Origin: Leidyana gryllorum EB-2025a
Taxonomy: Eukaryota; Protista; Apicomplexa
Direction of reading: 5' to 3'
Assembly (NCBI GenBank): GCA_048772705.1
Contig: JBLWGC010000111.1
Location: forward strand, 1-7,970
Length of the DNA: 7,970 nucleotides
Part shown: positions 1 to 6,607 of the stretch, piece by piece
How positions within the stretch are numbered: position 1 is the stretch's first letter
Layout of the letters: each line of letters starts with the position of its first letter
The notes under the pieces: generated by a model
The model's input: the letters and a program-made list of their open reading frames with translations, nothing else
Told to the model about the DNA's origin: nothing
Databases searched by the model: none
Made by a program: the position numbers and the translations under genes

Positions 1-40
1 TCACTTGGTCACGCCTACATACCAGCCTCACTTGAAGATC

Positions 41-112
41 GTCCGGGTCGTCTAGTGCTTACAACAGCAAGTTGTGGCCGTGCATACCCAGGCCCGAATC
101 CTGGCTTGGATA
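41..112 (+). pseudogene. tRNA-His(GTG) pseudogene
   Basis: Colinear with His at 4448-4519; D-loop GG and T-loop TTC are lost (gcttacaac, cccgaat). Confidence 0.85.
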
Positions 113-234
113 GTATGTCCACCGATGTCTCGAATGGGACATGTAGGTGAAGCTTGTCCAAACCCACGATCGGGCGTAGCTGCCCATGTCCTCTCTGGAT
201 CGCTACACACTTCCATTTGACGGCTCCGTTAGTC

Positions 235-307
235 GGCGCTATGGCCTAATGGATATGGCATCGGTCTACGGAACCGGGGATTTTGGGTTCGAGTCCCAGT
301 AGCGTCT
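235..307 (+). tRNA. trnR-ACG: tRNA-Arg(ACG)
   Basis: Acceptor GGCGCTA/TAGCGTC, D-loop AATGGATA, arm TCGGT-CT-ACG-GA-ACCGG, GTTCGAGTC. Confidence 0.93.
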
Positions 308-421
308 GGGCGAATGGTCGGGTTGTAGCCTGTTGAGTCAACAACTCAGATCCTGTCTTAGCTGTCAGGGACATTGTCTCGGGATGGGGCGAGTGCCTTG
401 TTGCGTCAACAACTATCAGAC

Positions 422-493
422 GGGCTGTTCTGGGAGTCGAACCCAGGACTTCTTCCACCCGAAGGAAGAATCATACCACTAGACCAAACAGCC
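422..493 (-). tRNA. trnP-CGG: tRNA-Pro(CGG)
   Basis: GGCTGTT/AACAGCC, TGGTCTAGTGGTATGAT, arm CTTCC-TT-CGG-GT-GGAAG, GTTCGACTC. Confidence 0.93.
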
Positions 494-508
494 CCCTGTG
501 GGTGCCTC

Positions 509-572
509 AGGTACTGGCAGGTTCCAAACCTGCGGCTTCGTGGCTAAGAGACTTACCGCTTGCAGGTGCCTA
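509..572 (-). pseudogene. Decayed tRNA-Asn relic
   Basis: ggtactggcaggttccaaacctgcggcttcgtggctaagag aligns to Asn at 7658 (ggtcctggcaggtttcgaacctgcgactttgtggttaacag). Confidence 0.7.
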
Positions 573-585
573 GTCGATGCAGTCG

Positions 586-657
586 AGCCTTCTGCCGGAA
601 TCGAACCGGCGACCTTTCGTTTACTAAGCGAATGCTCTGCCCCTAAGCTAAGAAGGC
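586..657 (-). tRNA. trnT-AGT: tRNA-Thr(AGT), one anticodon-stem mismatch
   Basis: GCCTTCT/AGAAGGC, TTCGC-TT-AGT-AA-ACGAA, GTTCGATTC. Confidence 0.9.
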
Positions 658-725
658 TATCCAGGCCGAAGATCAAGAATCAGTCACTATTGACGGGGAT
701 TGCTGGAGCACTGTGCTCCAGTAGC

Positions 726-798
726 TTCCACTGTCGGGACTTGAACCCGGATCGTGCGGGTGAGAGCCGCATATCCTAGCCACTTAGACTACAGGGGA
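726..798 (-). tRNA. trnE-CTC: tRNA-Glu(CTC), slightly degenerate
   Basis: TGCGG-CT-CTC-AC-CCGCA; one acceptor and one T-stem mismatch versus the copy at 6775-6847. Confidence 0.88.
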
Positions 799-968
799 CA
801 AGTGCCCGAGTTGAGGCTTTGGACGAGAGCCGTACCGTCTTGGAAAATATGGAATGTCGGCGTGATCAAGTGAGTGGTTCTCTGATACAGATTCGGACTT
901 AGTAACCAATTCCATTTGTATTGATCGTGGGATCTTGGGCCTTCCCCAGGTACAGGGCGAGCTCCCTT

Positions 969-1041
969 GCCGCCCCAACTCCGTCGGTGGCGCGCAAGAC
1001 GTTTGATGGGAGAACCGCGGCTTCGTGCGGCGCGAGCAGTC
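969..1041 (+). pseudogene. tRNA-Lys pseudogene
   Basis: gccgccccaactccgtcggtggcgcgcaagac matches the 5' half of Lys at 3449-3521; 3' half decayed. Confidence 0.75.
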
Positions 1042-1102
1042 CTAGTAAAGCTCGCTGAACCGTATGTGAAGCCACTGGCCGCAAAATGCCAAATTCGACA
1101 GC

Positions 1103-1184
1103 GGCAACTTGCCCGAGTGGTTAAGGGGGTAGACTAGAAATCTACTGGGCCTGGCCCGCGCTGGTTCAAATCCAGCAGTTGTCG
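1103..1184 (+). tRNA. trnS-AGA: tRNA-Ser(AGA)
   Basis: 82 nt; GTAGA-CT-AGA-AA-TCTAC; long variable arm GGGCCTGGCCC; G73. Confidence 0.96.
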
Positions 1185-1305
1185 TGTGCTGCGATCATCG
1201 GAGTAGGCGGCTGGGCTCAAAACACCAGCAGTACATGCTAGAGATTGCAGTGGCGACGCAGAGCCATCAAGTAAGTGAATAGGTGCCATCTGTCGTCGCA
1301 GAAGT

Positions 1306-1379
1306 GGTCGCGTGGCTCAGTCGGTTGGAGCGTGAGCCTAATAAGCTCAAGGTCCCCGGTTTGAGCCCGGGCGTGACCA
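1306..1379 (+). tRNA. trnI-AAT: tRNA-Ile(AAT), T-loop C56>T
   Basis: GGTCGCG/CGTGACC, TGAGC-CT-AAT-AA-GCTCA; B-box reads GTTTGAG. Confidence 0.85.
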
Positions 1380-1446
1380 AGCGAGTGGATCTTTGATAAA
1401 GAGTTGCCCCTACGAAAGGAACTTTTTACCAAGTCCAAGCTTCCTT

Positions 1447-1519
1447 GCCGCGCCAGCTCCGTCGGTAGAGCGCAAGACTTTCAATGGAGAGACCGCGGGT
1501 TCGGACAGCGCAAGCGGTC
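1447..1519 (+). pseudogene. tRNA-Lys pseudogene
   Basis: agctccgtcggtagagcgcaagacttt matches Lys; the 3' strand of the anticodon stem and the T-stem are broken. Confidence 0.8.
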
Positions 1520-1580
1520 CGAGTCAAGCTGCTGGACCGTATGTGAAGCCACTGCCTGCGGCATGCCGAGTTCTACCGTT

Positions 1581-1662
1581 GGCAACTTGCCCGGGTGGTT
1601 AAGGGGGTAGACTTGAAATCTACTGGGCCTGGCCCGCGCTGGTTCAAATCCAGCAGTTGTCG
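1581..1662 (+). tRNA. trnS-TGA: tRNA-Ser(TGA)
   Basis: Identical to 1103-1184 except A14>G and anticodon AGA>TGA. Confidence 0.93.
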
Positions 1663-1711
1663 TGTGGTGTGATTGGAGGGTCAGACACAATCAACCTTGT
1701 GCCATCTCCTC

Positions 1712-1782
1712 TGCATCTGCCGGGAAGCGAACCTGGGTCGTCTCGATGGCAACGACACATTCTACCACTAGACCACAGATGC
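1712..1782 (-). tRNA. trnG-GCC: tRNA-Gly(GCC), degenerate
   Basis: GCATCTG/CAGATGC, TGTCG-TT-GCC-AT-CGAGA; mismatches in the anticodon and T stems, A58>C. Confidence 0.82.
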
Positions 1783-1933
1783 GTGACACTTCCATTCCTG
1801 ACCACAAAGTAATGAGTACTACTCCAGCCCGGCCCATTTCTGTGAGGCTACAGGTCGGTAGATGACAATCAGGCTCCTCATGATATGTGTGTTCCCAGAA
1901 ACACACGCCCCTCTCACAGTTCGGAAGCTCCGT

Positions 1934-2006
1934 GCAGCCATAGTCTAGTGGTTACGACGTCTGCTTAACACGCAGAAAGTCCCGAGGTCGATCCTCGGTG
2001 GCTGTA
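1934..2006 (+). tRNA. trnV-AAC: tRNA-Val(AAC), T54>G
   Basis: GCAGCCA/TGGCTGT, TCTGC-TT-AAC-AC-GCAGA. Confidence 0.87.
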
Positions 2007-2061
2007 GCTCGCAACTTTCAGCGAGATCCAAAGGAAACAATCCTAAGCGCAACCAACTGTG

Positions 2062-2132
2062 CTCCGAGACCGGGAATCCACCCTGGTCTTCCGCGTAATA
2101 GGCGGAAATACTAATTGCTATACTATCTCGAG
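2062..2132 (-). pseudogene. tRNA-Asp pseudogene (anticodon GTC>ATT)
   Basis: Asp body cgagatagtatag...TCCGC-CT-ATT-AC-GCGGA...cccggtctcggag; D-loop and T-loop broken. Confidence 0.8.
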
Positions 2133-2168
2133 AACCAAAGGAAACAATCCTAAGCGAAATCAACTTTG

Positions 2169-2219
2169 CTCTGAGACCGCGAAACGAACCCTGGTCTTCC
2201 GCGTGACAGGCGGAAATAC
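2169..2219 (-). pseudogene. 5'-truncated tRNA-Asp(GTC) fragment
   Basis: TCCGC-CT-GTC-AC-GCGGA plus GGTTCG; second unit of a 107-bp tandem duplication. Confidence 0.82.
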
Positions 2220-2300
2220 ACGCCGGCCTCCAATCCCAGCAGTCTTTCTATTTTGACTCGCGAACAGAAAACGTGTAAAGCGGCGAGCCAAGAGCACTCC

Positions 2301-2380
2301 GGCACGGTGGCCGAGTGGTCTAAGGCGCTGTGTTAAGGCCGCAATCCGAAAGGGCGTGAGTTCGAATCCCACTCTTGTCA
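2301..2380 (+). tRNA. trnL-AAG: tRNA-Leu(AAG), degenerate
   Basis: TGGCCGAGTGGTCTAAGGC, CTGTG-TT-AAG-GC-CGCAA, variable arm TCCGAAAGGG; several stem mismatches. Confidence 0.85.
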
Positions 2381-2440
2381 ACTGTTGTATTGTCATCCGG
2401 TCAGCTACTCAATGCAATAGCTCTTCCATGTTGTGGCTGT

Positions 2441-2513
2441 GGGCGGCTAGCTCAAATGGTAGAGCGCTCGCTTCGCATGCGAGAGGTACTGGGATCGATA
2501 CCCAGGTCGTCCA
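2441..2513 (+). tRNA. trnA-CGC: tRNA-Ala(CGC)
   Basis: G3:U70, CTCGC-TT-CGC-AT-GCGAG, eukaryotic Ala-type ATCGATA T-loop. Confidence 0.95.
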
Positions 2514-2535
2514 AACTATCTGGAATCTTCGTCTC

Positions 2536-2593
2536 CAGCTGCCAGAACCCACCACCTTGAAGGGGTCACGTCTTACCCTTCGACCACAGGTGC
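2536..2593 (-). pseudogene. tRNA-Gly-like relic (5' half)
   Basis: Reverse strand gcacctgtggtcgaagggtaagacgtgaccccttcaaggt; similar to the relic at 7556-7613, both downstream of an Ala gene. Confidence 0.4.
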
Positions 2594-2849
2594 AGCTGAG
2601 AGCTTGACAGAGGCTGCAGCACGCGCTGAGACATGAGCAAAAGCGCCCCACCAATGAAATGCATGTTTCGACCCAGATGAGGAGTCTGTGACCCTCAGCC
2701 ACAGCGATTTTCACAGCGCATGACAACTGACTGCTGAATTTGAGCCACTAAGGGCCGGACTGAGAAGGTGTGAAGTTCACTCGCTCAACCACTTCCACCT
2801 CCTTTCAATGTGGCACGGCTCTCATCTGAAGTCTCAACTCGGCAAATAG

Positions 2850-2922
2850 TCCACCATAGGCTGAGTGGCTAGGATATGCGGCATTCACCCGCACTATCCG
2901 GGTTCGAGTCCCGGCAGTGGAA
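2850..2922 (+). tRNA. trnE-TTC: tRNA-Glu(TTC), degenerate (likely pseudogene)
   Basis: TGCGG-CA-TTC-AC-CCGCA with U33>A; acceptor and D-stem mismatches. Confidence 0.78.
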
Positions 2923-2998
2923 GTCATTGGACTACTCGAGCAAAGTGCTCCAGTAATCTCCGTCAATAGTGACTGATTTGTAATCTTCGGCTTGCATT

Positions 2999-3070
2999 GC
3001 CTTCTTAGCTGAGGGGCAGAGAATTCGCTTAGTGAGCGAAAGGTCGCTGGTTCGATTCCGGCAGAAGGCT
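2999..3070 (+). tRNA. trnT-AGT: tRNA-Thr(AGT), variant
   Basis: TTCGC-TT-AGT-GA-GCGAA; D-stem mismatches. Confidence 0.85.
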
Positions 3071-3086
3071 CGACTGCATCGACAGG

Positions 3087-3147
3087 GCACCTGCAAGCGG
3101 TAAGTCTCTTAGCCACGAAGCCGCAGGTCTGGAACCTGCGAGTACCT
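3087..3147 (+). pseudogene. Decayed tRNA-Asn relic
   Basis: Copy of 509-572. Confidence 0.65.
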
Positions 3148-3162
3148 GAGGCACCCACAGGG

Positions 3163-3234
3163 GGTTGTTTGGTCTAGTGGTATGATGCTTCCTTCGGGTG
3201 GAAGAAGTCCTGGGTTCGATTCCCAGAACAGCCC
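3163..3234 (+). tRNA. trnP-CGG: tRNA-Pro(CGG)
   Basis: CTTCC-TT-CGG-GT-GGAAG, GTTCGATTC. Confidence 0.92.
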
Positions 3235-3315
3235 CGTTGCTTGTCGGTTGACCCGACGCTCCATCTCATCTGAAGATGGTACGGCTTCCGTCCAAAGCTG
3301 CAGCTGAGGAAGTTG

Positions 3316-3388
3316 TCCACTGTAGTCTAAGTGGCTAGGATATGCGGCTCTCACCCGCACGCTCCGGGTTCAAGTTCCGGCAGTGGAA
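3316..3388 (+). tRNA. trnE-CTC: tRNA-Glu(CTC)
   Basis: TCCACTG/CAGTGGA, TGCGG-CT-CTC-AC-CCGCA; C61>T. Confidence 0.92.
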
Positions 3389-3448
3389 ATCCAGCAGAGT
3401 GTGCTTGTAGGCAACGGTTCCATTCCTACTCCCAGAGACATTGATTTG

Positions 3449-3521
3449 CACCGCCCGCGGGGCTCGAACCCGCGACTGCAAGATTAAAAGTCTTGCGCTC
3501 TACCGACTGAGCTAGGGCGGC
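3449..3521 (-). tRNA. trnK-TTT: tRNA-Lys(TTT)
   Basis: GCCGCCC/GGGCGGT, CAAGA-CT-TTT-AA-TCTTG, GTTCGAGCC. Confidence 0.96.
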
Positions 3522-3652
3522 AAGGAAGCTCTCAACTTAGTTACACCCTATTTGCCGGTGGGTGGAGCAGTGGGAGTGTTGAGTGGTGGAACAATGTGCT
3601 TCAGTAACTTCCGTCAATAGGGACTCCTCACGCGTGATGTCCAGTTAACATT

Positions 3653-3723
3653 GCCTTCTTAGCTTGGGGCAGAGCATTCGCTTAGTAAGTGAAAGGTCGC
3701 CGGTTCGATTCGGGCAGCAGGCT
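3653..3723 (+). tRNA. trnT-AGT: tRNA-Thr(AGT), degenerate
   Basis: A14 deleted; T-stem and acceptor mismatches versus 6051-6122. Confidence 0.78.
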
Positions 3724-3771
3724 TGGCTCACGAGCCAATCTATCCTGCGACTGTTCCCTTCTGCGCACACT

Positions 3772-3843
3772 TAGCAGTGCGTCGTTTCGATCGACGGACC
3801 TTTGCGTTATGAGCCTAACACTCTTCCACTGAGCTACACTGCT
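3772..3843 (-). tRNA. trnM-CAT: Initiator tRNA-Met(CAT), damaged anticodon stem
   Basis: A1:U72 (AGCAGTG/CACTGCT), T-loop ATCGAAA, TTAGG-CT-CAT-AA-CGCAA. Confidence 0.88.
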
Positions 3844-3984
3844 CAGTCTGCAACATGGAAGAGGTAGCCGACATGTGATTTTCGAGATGTTAGTTGCCCT
3901 GACTGCCCTACCGAAGCGGGCTAACGAGGTGGCTGTGTTGGTTCTGAGGGCAACATGTCCGGTCAAGTCAAACGACGACCAATA

Positions 3985-4054
3985 GGGCTGTTCTGGAATC
4001 GAACCCAGGACTCCTTCCACTCTGAGGAAGGATCATACCAGCAGAGCAACAGCC
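3985..4054 (-). pseudogene. tRNA-Pro pseudogene (loop reads AGA, probably from AGG)
   Basis: Pro body with two deletions; CTTCC-TC-AGA-GT-GGAAG. Confidence 0.85.
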
Positions 4055-4117
4055 GAATACTCGGGTGCATGCAACCGACTGTGGCCTTTTCCAGCTTTTT
4101 TTGGGGATGATCGCCGT

Positions 4118-4201
4118 TGCACAGAATGGGATTCGAAGCCATGCAGACTTGCGCCTACCAGAACTTGAGTCTGGCCCCTTAGACCACTCGGGCATCTGTG
4201 C
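4118..4201 (-). tRNA. trnL-CAA: tRNA-Leu(CAA), intronless, G53>C
   Basis: GCACAGA/TCTGTGC, CCAGA-CT-CAA-GT-TCTGG, long variable arm. Confidence 0.92.
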
Positions 4202-4297
4202 ATTACTTTCCTTCTGAGTTCCAGAGTGTTAATGGCTTCCGTTGCGACCGCCGGTGTCGTTCTGGCTGCGGTGTGCCACCCCGAAGTACTCTTACGG

Positions 4298-4376
4298 CCC
4301 GGGGTGCTTAGATGGTAACGTATCTGACTGTAGTGGTGGCATCAGATATTCCACGAGTAAATTCCGTCCCACCCGA
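4298..4376 (+). pseudogene. Intron-containing tRNA-Tyr(GTA) pseudogene
   Basis: TCTGA-CT-GTA-G-[tggtggc]-A-TCAGA preceded by a D-loop-like ttagatggta; T arm decayed; ends approximate. Confidence 0.6.
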
Positions 4377-4447
4377 AGTTGAGGAGTGGCTGTTCCATCC
4401 CATCCTGATCGATGCTTCGCTACCTCTACAGCCTCGCTCAAAGATTT

Positions 4448-4519
4448 GTCCGAGTCGTCTAGTGGTTAGGACAGCACGTTGTGGCCGTGCAAACCCAGGC
4501 TCGATTCCTGGCTCGGACA
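4448..4519 (+). tRNA. trnH-GTG: tRNA-His(GTG), T54>C
   Basis: GTCCGAG/CTCGGAC, GCACG-TT-GTG-GC-CGTGC, A73, no encoded G-1. Confidence 0.93.
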
Positions 4520-4604
4520 ACCAATCTAAACTGCATTGCAATTCCCCTCCAAACCTCTCAGATCCTTATCGAGACCAGTCAGAATAGCTTAAGTGCGTGA
4601 GCAA

Positions 4605-4676
4605 AGCCTTCTGCCGGAATCGAACCGGCGACTTCTCGCTTACGAAGCGAACGCTCTGCCCCTAAGCTAAGAAGGC
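4605..4676 (-). tRNA. trnT-CGT: tRNA-Thr(CGT)
   Basis: TTCGC-TT-CGT-AA-GCGAG; intact cloverleaf. Confidence 0.95.
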
Positions 4677-4731
4677 AACTTATCTGGAGAATCATGTGTC
4701 AGTTGTATCGACAGAAGTTAGCCGGGTGCTA

Positions 4732-4765
4732 CCTGCACGGCGGGCAGTCCCGCCCATCGTGCGGG
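4732..4765. repeat. GC-rich inverted repeat / hairpin
   Basis: cctgcacggcgggc (4732-4745) pairs with gcccatcgtgcggg (4752-4765): 13 of 14 pairs counting two G-T; 6-nt loop. Confidence 0.6.
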
Positions 4766-4806
4766 CATGCTGGGAAGAAGTCGCAAGTTATTCTGACTAC
4801 AACAAG

Positions 4807-4886
4807 TGACAAGAGTGGGATTCGAACCCACGCCCTTTCGGACTGCGGCCTGAACACAGCGCCTTAGACCACTCGGCCATCTTGCC
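4807..4886 (-). tRNA. trnL-CAG: tRNA-Leu(CAG)
   Basis: GGCAAGA/TCTTGTC, CTGTG-TT-CAG-GC-CGCAG, GTTCGAATC. Confidence 0.96.
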
Positions 4887-4978
4887 GCAGTCTTGTTGGT
4901 TCGTCGCTCCACGCGTTTTTTTGTCCGTGAGCCGAAATAGAAAGACTTCTGGGATTGGCGACCGGCGTGTTCCGGGCG

Positions 4979-5050
4979 TCCGAGTTAGTGTAGTGGTTAG
5001 TGTCGCCGCCTGCCACGCGGAACACCCGGGATCGATTCCCGGTCTCGAAA
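4979..5050 (+). pseudogene. tRNA-Asp-derived gene with GCC anticodon
   Basis: Asp body TCCGAG-TTAGTGTAGTGGTTAG; GCCGC-CT-GCC-AC-GCGGA; acceptor mismatches; syntenic with Asp at 2062-2219. Confidence 0.82.
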
Positions 5051-5105
5051 CGCAGGTGGTTTTGCCAAAGATTCTCTCCTTTGGTTCTCGCTGAAAGTTG
5101 CGAGC

Positions 5106-5178
5106 TACAGCCACCGAGGATCGAACTCGGGACCTTCTGCGTGCAGAGCAGACGTCGTAACCACTAGACCATTGCTGC
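5106..5178 (-). pseudogene. tRNA-Val-derived gene with TGC anticodon
   Basis: Body matches Val at 1934-2006; loop TC-TGC-AC (U33>C); B-box intact. Confidence 0.82.
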
Positions 5179-5242
5179 ACGGATGGTCCCCGCAGCCCAA
5201 GAGAAGTGGCGAAGTTCGAAGGAGTACGGAGGACCAGTGCCA

Positions 5243-5314
5243 AGGTCGCGCCGGGAATCGAACCCAGGTCGGGAGATTCAGAGTCTCCAGTGCTAATTAC
5301 TACACCACGCAACC
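5243..5314 (-). tRNA. trnQ-CTG: tRNA-Gln(CTG), D-loop GG>AA
   Basis: GGTTGCG/CGCGACC, GGAGA-CT-CTG-AA-TCTCC, GTTCGATTC. Confidence 0.9.
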
Positions 5315-5421
5315 CATTCAGTCCTTCCCAAAAGAGTTGGTAAAGCCATCCAGACTAGCCCTCCCTCAACTGGACACATGCAACACGAGTCTCTCCACCA
5401 CTCTCTGAAATATTGGCAGTG

Positions 5422-5478
5422 GCTTTTGTATCTTAGTTGGCAGAGCGTGTGGTTGTCAAATACAAATTCGGAGATCCG
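5422..5478 (+). pseudogene. tRNA-Asn pseudogene, T arm deleted
   Basis: ggcagagcgtgtgg and flanks ctctgaaa...gaggca match Asn at 6966-7038. Confidence 0.75.
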
Positions 5479-5595
5479 GGCTCTGAGGCAACCTCCATAC
5501 ATACGGCGGTGCCAACGTCTGTAGAAGGGCTGTGGGGCACCCTGGATAGCTCTCAACTCTGTAGTCAAATACCGCAGTTGCAGCACTACGGAGTT

Positions 5596-5668
5596 TAGAC
5601 GACCTGGACATCAATCCCAGTACGCCTCGCATGCTAAGCGAGCGCTCTACCATTTGAGCTAGTCGCCC
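5596..5668 (-). tRNA. trnA-AGC: tRNA-Ala(AGC), degenerate 3' half
   Basis: 5' half identical to 7470-7542; C56>T, C61>T, C72>T. Confidence 0.85.
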
Positions 5669-5756
5669 CTTGTGCAGACCCCATCGCATTTTTTTGTTCT
5701 CAACACCGTATGACCACTATCTCAACTGTCCTCATCGGGTTGCACAACCGACAGGC

Positions 5757-5828
5757 GGCTGTTTGGTCTAGTGGTATGATTCTTCCTTCGGGTGGAAGAA
5801 GTCCTGGGTTCGATTCCCAGAACAGCCC
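5757..5828 (+). tRNA. trnP-CGG: tRNA-Pro(CGG)
   Basis: Intact cloverleaf; CTTCC-TT-CGG-GT-GGAAG. Confidence 0.95.
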
Positions 5829-5910
5829 CGTTGGTTGTCGGTTGACCCGACGCTCTATCTCATCTCAAGATGGTACGGCTCTCGTTCCAAAGCTGCAGCT
5901 GAGGAAGTTG

Positions 5911-5982
5911 TCCACTGTAGTCTAAGTGGCTAGGTTATGCGGCTCTCACCCGTACATCCGGGTTCAAGACCCGGCAGTGGAA
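5911..5982 (+). tRNA. trnE-CTC: tRNA-Glu(CTC), variant
   Basis: TGCGG-CT-CTC-AC-CCGTA; 1-nt variable-loop deletion; D-stem mismatch. Confidence 0.87.
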
Positions 5983-6050
5983 GCTACTCGAGCAAAGTGC
6001 CTCAGTAATCCCCGTCAATAGTGACTGATTCTTGATCTTCGGCCTGGATT

Positions 6051-6122
6051 GCCTTCTTAGCTTAGGGGCAGAGCATTCGCTTAGTAAGCGAAAGGTCGCC
6101 GGTTCGATTCCGGCAGAAGGCT
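6051..6122 (+). tRNA. trnT-AGT: tRNA-Thr(AGT)
   Basis: Intact; TTCGC-TT-AGT-AA-GCGAA. Confidence 0.95.
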
Positions 6123-6137
6123 CGACTGCATCGACTA

Positions 6138-6199
6138 GGCACCTGCAAGCGGTAAGTCTCTTAGCCACGAAGCCGCAGGTTTGGAACCTGCCAGTACCT
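6138..6199 (+). pseudogene. Decayed tRNA-Asn relic
   Basis: Copy of 509-572. Confidence 0.68.
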
Positions 6200-6212
6200 A
6201 AGGCACCCACAG

Positions 6213-6284
6213 GGGGGTTTGGCCTAGTGGTATGATTCTTCCTTCGGGTGGAAGAAGTCCTGGGTTCGATTCCCAGAACAGCCC
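6213..6284 (+). tRNA. trnP-CGG: tRNA-Pro(CGG), damaged 5' acceptor strand
   Basis: 5' strand GGGGGTT instead of GGCTGTT; the rest is nearly identical to 5757-5828. Confidence 0.83.
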
Positions 6285-6365
6285 GTCTGATAGTTGTTGA
6301 CGCGACAAGGCACTCGACCCATCCCGAGACAATGTCCCTGACAGCTACAACCCGACCATTCGCCC

Positions 6366-6438
6366 AGACGCTACTGGGACTCGAACCCAGAATCCCCGGT
6401 TCCGTAGACCGATGCCATATCCATTAGGCCCTAGCGCC
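6366..6438 (-). tRNA. trnR-ACG: tRNA-Arg(ACG), U8>G
   Basis: Inverted copy of 235-307. Confidence 0.9.
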
Positions 6439-6559
6439 GACTAGCGGAGCCGTCAAATGGAAGTGTGTAGCGATCAAGACAGGACATGGGCAGCGACGCC
6501 CGATGGTGGGTCTGGACAGACTTCACCCACATCTCCCATTCAAAACAACGGGGACATAC

Positions 6560-6607
6560 TATCCAAGCCAGGATTCGGGCCTGGGTATGCACGGCCACAA
6601 CTTGCTG
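6560..6607 (-). pseudogene. 5'-deleted tRNA-His pseudogene fragment
   Basis: Reverse complement of 65-112. Confidence 0.85.

Larger units (their letters stand above)
21..842 (+). repeat. Long inverted repeat, arm 1 (His-Arg-Pro-Thr-Glu)
   Basis: Reverse complement of 5866-6615 including spacers; differs by 33-bp and 36-bp indels. Confidence 0.95.
859..1190 (+). repeat. Direct duplication copy 1 (Ile 3' end, pseudo-Lys, Ser)
   Basis: Similar to 1370-1668; the Lys and Ser starts are both offset by 478 bp; shared spacer accgtatgtgaagccactg. Confidence 0.85.
1370..1668 (+). repeat. Direct duplication copy 2 (Ile 3' end, pseudo-Lys, Ser)
   Basis: Paralogue of 859-1190. Confidence 0.85.
1929..2388 (+). 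repeat. Val-Asp-Leu module, inverted paralogue of 4799-5183
   Basis: Shared gene order and spacers (gctcgcaactttcagcgaga; ccaatcccag.agtctttctattt). Confidence 0.88.
2813..3388 (+). repeat. Glu-Thr-(Asn relic)-Pro-Glu module
   Basis: 2850-3234 matches 5911-6284 and the reverse complement of 422-798; 3163-3388 matches 5757-5982. Confidence 0.9.
4799..5183 (-). repeat. Val-Asp-Leu module, inverted copy
   Basis: Paralogue of 1929-2388 with a single Asp gene. Confidence 0.88.

Noticed and set aside
1581-1662. Possible selenocysteine or opal suppressor tRNA
   Set aside because: Anticodon TGA reads the Ser codon UCA; Sec or suppressor tRNA needs anticodon TCA. The body is a normal Ser.
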